64,000 nucleotides of DNA from Candidatus Aminicenantes bacterium. Its GTDB lineage: Bacteria; Acidobacteriota; Aminicenantia; UBA2199. Both the position numbers and the translations under genes were made by a program. The notes beneath the pieces were generated by a model. It saw only the letters and a list, made by a program, of their open reading frames with translations, was not told the DNA's origin and made no database searches. Where the stretch lies: contig CAWGGP010000001.1 in assembly GCA_963822075.1 (NCBI GenBank), positions 366,331 to 430,330 of the forward strand, given 5' to 3'. This document shows positions 18,558 through 29,100 of the stretch, piece by piece (position 1 is the first letter of the stretch; each line of letters opens with the position of its first letter).

Positions 18558-20903
18558 TTAAATTTTGATGGTCTTCATCTCGTTCAGCACTTCCATGGCG
18601 CTCTGGAAGCGTTGCTCGCGTTTCTTCTCCATGCACTTTTCGATGATATAGCAGAGTTTCTCGGGGACGTCCGTGCGGTATTTCTTGATCGCCGGCACCG
18701 GGTCGAACAGGTGCTGGTAAAAAATATTCTCGCCCTTGAAGGGCACGTGGCCGGTGGTCAAGTGGAACAGGGTGGTGCCCGACGAATAGATGTCGGTGCG
18801 GTGGTCGACCGGGATGCCCTGGATCTGCTCCGGCGACATGTAATAGGGGGTGCCGGTGATGACGCCGCTCTCGCCCTTTTTCTGGTCGCCCAGGATCACG
18901 GCCAGGCCGAAATCCATGATCTTGATCTCCTTCTGCTTGGTGATCATGATGTTGTGGGGCTTGATGTCGCGGTGGATGATCCCCTTGCGGTGCGAGTAGT
19001 CCAGGGCCTTGAAGAGCTTGATGGCGATAAAAATGATCTGCGAGGCGGAGAAGGTCTTCTTGCGGCGGATGAGGCTCATGAAGTTCTCGCCCTCGATGTA
19101 TTCCATGGAGATGAAGTAGTCGTCCTTGATCTGGCCGACGTCGTAGACGGTGACGATGTTGGCCTGGGTGAGGGAGGCGGTGGAGCGGGCTTCGGAAAAA
19201 AAGCGCTCCAGGTTGCGCTTGTCGGCGACCAGGGTCTTGTTCAGGATCTTCAGGGCCACCACCCGTTTCAGGACCGTGTCCTCGGCCTTGAACACCACGC
19301 CCATGCCGCCTTCGCCGATCTTCTCGATGATGCGGTAGCGCTCGCTGGAATCCTCGCTGATCAGCTCCATCTCCTTGTATTTCTGGATCAGGTTCTCCAC
19401 GTCCTTGATCTTCTGGTGCACGTCCTTGAAGGAATAATCCTCGGTCAGGATCAGCTGGTAGATCTCGAAGGCCTTCTTGAAATTCCCGGCGTTCTCATAG
19501 GCCTGGCCGAGGACGTAGAACCATTCGATATTGGACTTGTCGATCTGGTTCTCGCCGAGCAGCTTTTCGATCTTCTCGATGACCAGCTGCGGCTTGCGGT
19601 TCTTCAGGAAGATGTTGGCCATGTGGGTGATGGCCGAGTTGAAGTCGGGCGAATCCACGGGCACCAGCTGGAAGTTGGCCAGGGCGCGGCGGTCGTCATC
19701 GATCTTGATGAACGAGATCCCGGCCTTGAAGAACTCCTGGGCGTTCTCGTACAGTTCGCCGGCTTTCTGGAATTTTCCGTATTTGAGGGAGATGTTGGCC
19801 GCCATTTTCCATTCCCGGCCCATCTCGAACATCTTGGCCGCCTCCTCCTCGTTGTTGTCCTTGAGGTAGTTGTCGGCCGCCCCGAGAAAATTCTGGTTCA
19901 TGAAGTAGCAGTGCGCCGCCTTGGTGTATTTCTTGTCCCATTCGAAAAGCTCCGCGGCGCGGGTGTAATCTTCGCCCTTCAGGAACCATTCGGCCGCCTC
20001 CAGGGTGTTGCCCTTGGCGAACGCGTTCTCGCCGCGCAGGAGGAAGGCGATCTTGGGCTGCTCCATCTGCTCGTACATCTCGGCGGCCCTGAGCGGCAGC
20101 TGGGCCTTCTCGAAGTTCTTGGCGGCGTCGGAAATGCGGTTCATCTTGACCGCCAGCTCGCCCGCCTTTTCGAATTTTCCGTACTTGATCAACAAGTCGT
20201 ACGCTTTTTCCAGTTCGTTCAGCTGGGAATAGAGGTCCACGGCCTTGAGCAGTTCCTGCTCGAGCTGCTTGGAGCTCTGGTAGCCGATGGTCGTATCGAA
20301 GCTGGTGATGAACCATTTTTCAAAATTGCCGGCGGCCTTCTTGAGATTGCCGCCCTTTTCGTAAATGTAGGCCGCTTTCTTGTAAAATCCCTTCTTTTCG
20401 TAGATCTGGGCCGCTTTTTCGTAACGCTCGTAATTATAGTACAGCTCGGCGGCCTCCTGGAAGCGGTTGTTGTTTTCCAGGACGGTCCCGGCGGCCTCGA
20501 TGTTCTTGCGCTTGAGCAGCAGCTTGACCAGGTTGTCGCTGTTGCCGCTTTTTTTATAGATCTCGATGGCCTCGCTTTCCTTGTTCAGCTTCTCCAGCAG
20601 CTCGCCCATGACGTCGTATTCCTGGCCTTCTTCGTAGACCTGCAGGGCCTTCTTGAACTCGCCGATCTCCTCGTAGATCTTGCCGGACTTGAGGAACATG
20701 TTCTGCTTGCGGGCCCGCTTGGCGTCGCGCTCCATGTAGGCCTTTTTGGCCAGCAGGTAGAAAAAGGCCTCGAAGAACGATTTGTTCTGGAAGGCCGAGA
20801 TCTTGGCGGTTTTGAGGATCTGGTAGACGATCTTCAGGACCAGCACCATGACGGCCACGATGATGACCAGTTTGACCAGGGGATTGCTCAGTAATTCGTC
20901 CAT
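18558..20903 (-). CDS. membrane-anchored Hanks-type Ser/Thr protein kinase with long N-terminal helical-repeat region
   Basis: ORF 18558..20903. One N-terminal TM segment (LVKLVIIVAVMVLVLKI) is followed by about 480 aa of TPR-like short repeats. The C-terminal kinase domain has GEGGMGVVFKA, VALK, HRDIKPHN, DFGLA and GTPYYMSPE. Confidence 0.85.
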   Translation of the reverse strand: MDELLSNPLVKLVIIVAVMVLVLKIVYQILKTAKISAFQNKSFFEAFFYLLAKKAYMERDAKRARKQNMFLKSGKIYEEIGEFKKALQVYEEGQEYDVMGELLEKLNKESEAIEIYKKSGNSDNLVKLLLKRKNIEAAGTVLENNNRFQEAAELYYNYERYEKAAQIYEKKGFYKKAAYIYEKGGNLKKAAGNFEKWFITSFDTTIGYQSSKQLEQELLKAVDLYSQLNELEKAYDLLIKYGKFEKAGELAVKMNRISDAAKNFEKAQLPLRAAEMYEQMEQPKIAFLLRGENAFAKGNTLEAAEWFLKGEDYTRAAELFEWDKKYTKAAHCYFMNQNFLGAADNYLKDNNEEEAAKMFEMGREWKMAANISLKYGKFQKAGELYENAQEFFKAGISFIKIDDDRRALANFQLVPVDSPDFNSAITHMANIFLKNRKPQLVIEKIEKLLGENQIDKSNIEWFYVLGQAYENAGNFKKAFEIYQLILTEDYSFKDVHQKIKDVENLIQKYKEMELISEDSSERYRIIEKIGEGGMGVVFKAEDTVLKRVVALKILNKTLVADKRNLERFFSEARSTASLTQANIVTVYDVGQIKDDYFISMEYIEGENFMSLIRRKKTFSASQIIFIAIKLFKALDYSHRKGIIHRDIKPHNIMITKQKEIKIMDFGLAVILGDQKKGESGVITGTPYYMSPEQIQGIPVDHRTDIYSSGTTLFHLTTGHVPFKGENIFYQHLFDPVPAIKKYRTDVPEKLCYIIEKCMEKKREQRFQSAMEVLNEMKTIKI

Positions 20904-20915
20904 GTGTGAATGAAA

Positions 20916-20944
20916 AGTATAGCAAAAGCAGAGCGAAAAAGCAA
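20916..20944 (-). promoter_or_regulatory. sigma70-type promoter candidate for the kinase gene
   Basis: On the minus strand: TTGCTT, a 17-nt spacer, then TATACT. The ATG at 20903 lies 12 nt after the -10 and has no Shine-Dalgarno. Confidence 0.5.
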
Positions 20945-20951
20945 TTTCAAA

Positions 20952-20980
20952 TTGACTTTCGCATATATTGTTAATATAAT
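20952..20980 (+). promoter_or_regulatory. near-consensus sigma70 promoter for the Clp-like gene
   Basis: TTGACT (20952-20957), a 17-nt spacer, then TATAAT (20975-20980). GGAG lies 6 nt before ATG 21011. Confidence 0.65.
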
Positions 20981-21010
20981 TTCAACAGGCAAAAACAAGC
21001 GGAGCGCATC

Positions 21011-23971
<2,961 letters not shown>

Positions 23972-23980
23972 GCCGGGATC

Positions 23981-24002
23981 GGCGGCGCCCCGCCGCCCTT
24001 TT
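23981..24002 (+). terminator. hairpin terminator candidate after the Clp-like gene
   Basis: GGCGGC-gcccc-GCCGCC followed by CTTTTA, 10 nt after the stop. Confidence 0.5.
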
Positions 24003-24012
24003 ACCCCCGCTT

Positions 24013-24303
24013 CTAGCCTGAACCGGAAACCAGCTCGTAGTAGTCGGGAGGGGCTTCGCGGATGGCGATGCCGATATCGTTGGTGACCCGGGTGGAGACC
24101 GTGCGCGTGATCCAGCGCACGTCACCCTTCACGATGATGACCTTGCCGCCGAGCTGCAGCTTGATCTCGACGTCCTGGCTTTTCGGGGGGCGGTTCATGG
24201 AGATCTTGATCCCCGACAGGGAAATGTCGACGACGATCGCCGGCTTGTCCTCCAGGTTGGAGAGCATTCTTTTCTTGACGCGGATCTCCTTTCTTTTCTC
24301 CAT
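24013..24303 (-). CDS. PilZ-domain protein (c-di-GMP receptor type)
   Basis: Within ORF 24013..24390, ATG 24303 lies 6 nt after GGAGG. It has the RKEIR (RxxxR) and DISLSG (DxSxxG) signature motifs. It may instead be a C-terminal domain of the upstream permease (see findings). Confidence 0.7.
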   Translation of the reverse strand: MEKRKEIRVKKRMLSNLEDKPAIVVDISLSGIKISMNRPPKSQDVEIKLQLGGKVIIVKGDVRWITRTVSTRVTNDIGIAIREAPPDYYELVSGSG

Positions 24304-25189
24304 GCGCATCCTCCCCCCGTTCCCTCCAGGGAAAAAGCGGGCTGCCTTCAGTATAACCGCAATCGCTTTTTTTTTCAAAAGCAAGCGCACCCGGTCGCCA
24401 GCGGATCCCCTCGGCCAGCAGCAGGAAAGCGGCGACGAGCAGGACCAGCAACGCTCCGGGAAGGAGGACCAGCCCCGGGCGGTCGAACAGGTGGCCGCGG
24501 CCGGCGTCGATCATCCCGCCCAGGGTGGGCAGGCGCGGGTCCAGCCCCAGGCCGAGGAAGTTCAGGCTGGCTTCGGCCAGGATGACCCCGGCGATCCCCG
24601 AAACGGCCTGGGTCAGCAGCACGGGGAAGACCTGGGGCAGGATGTGGCTGCCGGCGATGTACCCGCCGCCGGCGTTGAAGCCGCGGGCGGCCAGGATGTA
24701 ATCCCGCCCCTTGATCTTCATTACTTCGCCGCGCACCAGGCGGGCATAGCTCACCCAGCCCGTGAGCGCCAGGGCGAGGATCAGCGGCAGGATCCCCTGC
24801 CCCCAGAAAGCGACCAGGGCCAGCGCCAGCAGGATGCCCGGGAAGGCCAGGATGAAATCGGCGCCGCGCATGATGCAGGCGCCCAGCAGCCCTCCGTGCC
24901 AGCCGGCCAGAAATCCCAGCCCCGCCCCGACGGCGGCGGCCAGGGCGACCACGGCCAGGGCGATGGCCACCGAGGTCAGCGCCCCGAAGGCCAGGCAGGA
25001 AAGGATGTCGCGCCCCAGGGCATCGGTGCCCAGCATGTGCTCTGCGCCCGGGGATTGCAGGCGCTGGCCGATGTCCAATCCCAGGTCGATCCCGCGGAAC
25101 AGGGCCGTGCCGCCCAGGGCGAATGCGAACCCGGCCAAAAAGAGGACACCCAGCCGGAATTGCCGGTTGCCCTTATCCAGCCGGATCAT
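24122..25189 (-). CDS. ABC transporter permease (DppC/OppC-like)
   Basis: ORF 24122..25189 (HMLGTDALGRDIL, EAA-loop region ARGFNAGGGYIAGSHILP). The homologous part ends near 24385 (..LLLAEGIR). The remaining roughly 85 codons overlap the PilZ ORF in another frame and look like read-through after a T9 run at 24367-24375. Confidence 0.75.
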   Translation of the reverse strand: MIRLDKGNRQFRLGVLFLAGFAFALGGTALFRGIDLGLDIGQRLQSPGAEHMLGTDALGRDILSCLAFGALTSVAIALAVVALAAAVGAGLGFLAGWHGGLLGACIMRGADFILAFPGILLALALVAFWGQGILPLILALALTGWVSYARLVRGEVMKIKGRDYILAARGFNAGGGYIAGSHILPQVFPVLLTQAVSGIAGVILAEASLNFLGLGLDPRLPTLGGMIDAGRGHLFDRPGLVLLPGALLVLLVAAFLLLAEGIRWRPGALAFEKKSDCGYTEGSPLFPWRERGEDAHGEKKGDPRQEKNALQPGGQAGDRRRHFPVGDQDLHEPPPEKPGRRDQAAARRQGHHREG

Positions 25190-26102
25190 GGCCGATGCGC
25201 GGGTCGAGCAACGGGTAGGAAAGGTCGACCAGGAAATTGGCCAGCAGGTACAGCACGGCCATGACCAGGACCGTTCCCTGGATCAAGGGGAAATCGCGCT
25301 GGCGGACGGCGGTGATCAGCAGGGTGCCGATGCCGGGCCAGGAGAAAACGCTCTCGACCACGATGGCGCCGCTGAGCAGCGCTCCCGCCTGCAGCCCGAT
25401 CAGGGTGACGATCGGGGCCAGGGCGTTGCGCAGGATGTGCCGGCGAAAGATCCGGGCCGGGGTAAGCCCCTTGGCCCGCGCCAGCAGGACGTACGGCCGT
25501 CCCGCTTCCTCCAGCAAAAGCGCGCGCACCATGCGGGTCAGGAAAGCGGCGAAGGAAATGCCCAGGGTCAGCGCCGGCAGGACCAGGTACTCGCCGCCGC
25601 CGCTGCCGGATACGGGGAGAATTTTCAATTCCACCGCGAAGAGGATGACCAGCAGGATGCCGAGCAAAAAGCAGGGGACCGCCAGGCCGACGGCCGAGAA
25701 AACCATGGCCAGCTTCTCCCAGGCGCCGTTCTTCTTGCAGGCGGCCAGGAAGCCCAGGGGCAGGGATATCAGCAGCGTGAGCGCCATGGCGGCCGCGGCG
25801 AGAAGGATCGTGTTCGGCAGGTAGGCCAGGATGGTCGGCAGGACGGGCTTGCGGTCGACCAGCGATTCGCCGAGATCGAGCACGGCCAGGCGAGCGATGA
25901 AACGCAGATAGCGCGTGCCCAGCGGCCGGTCCAGCTGCAGGGACCGTTGCAGGCGCTGGACGTCCGCCGTGCGGGGATGCGGCCCCAGGATCGCCAGCAG
26001 CGGATCGCCGGGAACGGCCTGCACCAGGAAAAAGATCGCGCTGCCCGCGGCCCAGAGAAAAAGCAGGAACAGCGCCGCTTTTTTCAACAGCCGCGCCGTC
26101 AT
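25173..26102 (-). CDS. ABC transporter permease (DppB/OppB-like)
   Basis: ORF 25173..26102 (VPGDPLLAILG, RAKGLTPARIFRRHILRNAL). Its start overlaps the stop of the upstream activator gene (ATGA). Confidence 0.85.
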   Translation of the reverse strand: MTARLLKKAALFLLFLWAAGSAIFFLVQAVPGDPLLAILGPHPRTADVQRLQRSLQLDRPLGTRYLRFIARLAVLDLGESLVDRKPVLPTILAYLPNTILLAAAAMALTLLISLPLGFLAACKKNGAWEKLAMVFSAVGLAVPCFLLGILLVILFAVELKILPVSGSGGGEYLVLPALTLGISFAAFLTRMVRALLLEEAGRPYVLLARAKGLTPARIFRRHILRNALAPIVTLIGLQAGALLSGAIVVESVFSWPGIGTLLITAVRQRDFPLIQGTVLVMAVLYLLANFLVDLSYPLLDPRIGHDPAG

Positions 26103-29100
26103 CGGGCGATCTCGTGTTTCTTGATCAGGTTGAACAGGGCCATGCGGCTGATCCCCAGTTTTTCCGCGGTCCGGCCCTTGCGTCCGTTCTGCTCCTTCAG
26201 GGTATTGAGGATCAGGTTGCGCTCGAAGTCCTGGCGCGCGCTTTTCAAGCCGGGGGCGTGTCGTCGCGGCATGGCGGCGGTGGCCAGCTCGGGATCGAAG
26301 GTGATCATTTTTTTTATTTTCGATTCCAATTCGCGCACGTTGCCCGGGAAAGCCTCATCGCGGAACAGGTCGCCGATGGCGTGCAGCTTGGCGGGTTCCT
26401 GCGCCGGGTAGCCGAACTTCTCCAGGAAATGGCCGATGAGCAGCGGCATATCCTCCCGCCGCTCGCGCAGGGGCGGGATGTGGATCACCAGGTCCTGGAG
26501 GCGGTAGAACAGGTCGGCGCGGAACAGGCTGCTCCGCATCAGCTCGTTCAGGTCCTTGTTGCTGGCCGAGACCAGGCGCACGTCGATCTTGATGGTCTTG
26601 TTCTCGCCCAGGCGGCGGATCTCTTTCTCCTGCAGCGCCCGCAGCAGCTTGGCCTGGAGCGGCAGGGGCAGGTCGGCGATCTCGTCCAGGAAAAGCGTGC
26701 CGCGGTCCGCCGCTTCCAGCAGGCCGACGCGGTTGTCGGCGGCGCCGCTGAAGGCCCCTTTCTTGTAGCCGAACAGTTCGGCTTCCAGGAGCGTGTCCGG
26801 GATCGCCGCGGCGTTGACCGGGACAAAGGGCCGCTCGGCGCGGGGGCTGAGCAAATGGACGGCGCGGGCGACCAGTTCCTTGCCGCTGCCGCTTTCGCCG
26901 GTGATCAGCAGGGAGAAATCCACCTTGCTCACCTGGGCGATCAGCCTTTTCATTTCCCTTATCTTTTCCGATTCGCCGACGATAAAATTCAATTTTTCCT
27001 GGACGCGGAACTCGTTCTGCAGAAAATCCTGGAACAGGACCGAGAATTTTTTGAAAGTTTCCCGCTGGCGCTCGAAAAAATCCCGGAAGTACGCATCTCC
27101 GTCCCGGAAGCCGATGACCAGGCAGGCCAGCAGGCGCTCCGAGATCGGCCAGCGGATCATCTTGGTGTTGGCGAACGGGTAAAAAAACTTTTCCTGGCTG
27201 CGGAACAGCCTTTGGATCCCCTGCCGGTCGTGGTTTTGATTTTCCGGGGTTTCTAGGGTGCTGCGCAGCATCTCTTCCCCGAGTTCCCTGAACAGATCGG
27301 AATTGGCGAAACGGAACAACCGGCGCCGGTCTTCGTGGACCGTCATGACCAGCCAATCGATCGGCGTCGGCATGCCGAGCTCATGGCAAAAGCTGCTGAA
27401 GAAATCCTCGGGAAGGCGCCATTGCCTGTAGTTTCCGACCAGGCGGGCGTCGTCGAAGATCGCGCGGTCCCTGGCCTTTTCGTCGCAGAGGCGGCGGAAG
27501 CGGTCGAGCTTGGCGGAGACGGACCTGCGGTTGACGGTGAAGAAATCGTGCATGGCCAGGAATTCATCCCGGCGGTCCGCCGGCAGTTCCTCGGCGCCCA
27601 GGTCGAAAACCATGTACCAGTACTCGTAATAGAAATAGTTCTTCCCCCTGGGCGAAAGTTCGCGGGCCAGCTCGCGGAAACGGTCCAGCCACGCGCTGTC
27701 ACGGTATTTTTTCAACAGCAGCCTCAGGGCCTCGAACTTTATTTTTTTCGAGCGGATGCGGTCGAGCCGCTTGAAAAGGGCGGGTCCTTTCGGTGTGCCG
27801 GCGCTGCGGGCGGAGGGGCCGAGCAACCGGCAGACGATCTTCTGGTCGTCGTTGAACCAGGGGTATGCGGACATCCTCGCCGCCGGTGACGCTTCGGCAA
27901 AAAAGGAGATGCGGCCCCTGACAAAGGCGCACTCGCCGAGGCCCTTGCTGTTGGCGGTGTCCTTGAAGATCCCCGCGGCTTGTTCGACCAGCTTCAGGGC
28001 GTGGTCGTCGTGCAGGCGCAGCGTCTCGAGGTTGGCCCAGTTCAGGTAATCGATGGCGCTGGAATTCAGCAGCCGCTTTTCCGCATCCCAGGCCAGTATG
28101 GCGCGCAGGAGCTTGTCGGCCTCCAGCCAGCCGCCCTTGGCATAGAGAATGTTGAGCAGGTTGGAATTCACCAGCATGATGCCGTCCGGGTTGCTTTCCC
28201 GGGCGAACAGTTTCGCCGCTTTCCGATACCAGCATTCGGCCAGGAAATCGTCGTCGTTTTCAAAATAAAGGTTGCCCAGGTCGACGGCGGCATATGCCGA
28301 GTTCAAGGCCAGGCCGTCGCTTTCGCTGCGGATGTAAATGGTCTTGTACTGGGACTCGGCCTCCTGGAAATTTCCCATCTCCCGGTGCAGCTTGGCCATC
28401 TGGCTGCGGGTCTCGATCTCCTCCCGGTCGCGATGCCGGGCCGAAAAGTATTCCAGGGCGCCGGTCAGCTGGTCGCGGGCCTTGACGAATCCGCGGCCGT
28501 AGATGCTGCGGTCGCTCCATTGGATGAGGGCCAGGTTGCGGAAGTAGGGAGAGGCGATTTTTTTCAGGCAGGCGGCGGCCTTCTCGCCCTGGCCGGTCTT
28601 TTCCTGGTAGACGAAATTCAAATAAAGCCATTCGTCGCGGAGCCCGGGAGCCACCCGGGGGATCCCGTTCAGCAGCTCTCCGAGTTCCCGGTAGTCCTTG
28701 CGGCGCATGGCCAGGTGGGCCGCTTTCAGGCGGGTGAACGGCGATCCGGGGTCGGCGGCGGCCAGGACGTTCCCGGCCATGTCCAGGCAGTTGCTCTGGA
28801 TCAGGATAGCGACGAAATACTCCATGATCTTGCCGCCGTGCCCATGTTGCGCCAGATGCCGGCAAAGCAGGTCGGCGGCCGGTCCGGGAGCGACCCGGGC
28901 GAGCGATTCCAGCGCTTGTTTTTCCAGGTAACGCTCCAGTGCCGCCGGTTGATCGGCGGCGATGAAATGGGCGACGCGGGCGTACGCCCAGTCGCTGTTG
29001 GCGGCGAGCCAGGCCAGAAATTCGCTTTTCCGGGGCGTCCTGCCTGGAGCCTTGCCTCCGGGGATGGCCAATCCCAGGGTTTGCCGGTCCCTGCTTTCCA

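Noticed and set aside
18501-20894. 797-aa ORF on the plus strand antisense to the kinase gene
   Set aside because: It is exactly in codon register with the kinase frame, so it stays open simply because the sense gene avoids TTA, CTA and TCA codons. Its product is L/V/D/E/G-rich low-information sequence with no motifs.
24062-26411. Plus-strand ORFs 24062..25264 and 24762..26411 (G/R/P/Q-rich)
   Set aside because: They lie antisense to two clear ABC permease genes. Their composition is typical of high-GC shadow frames.
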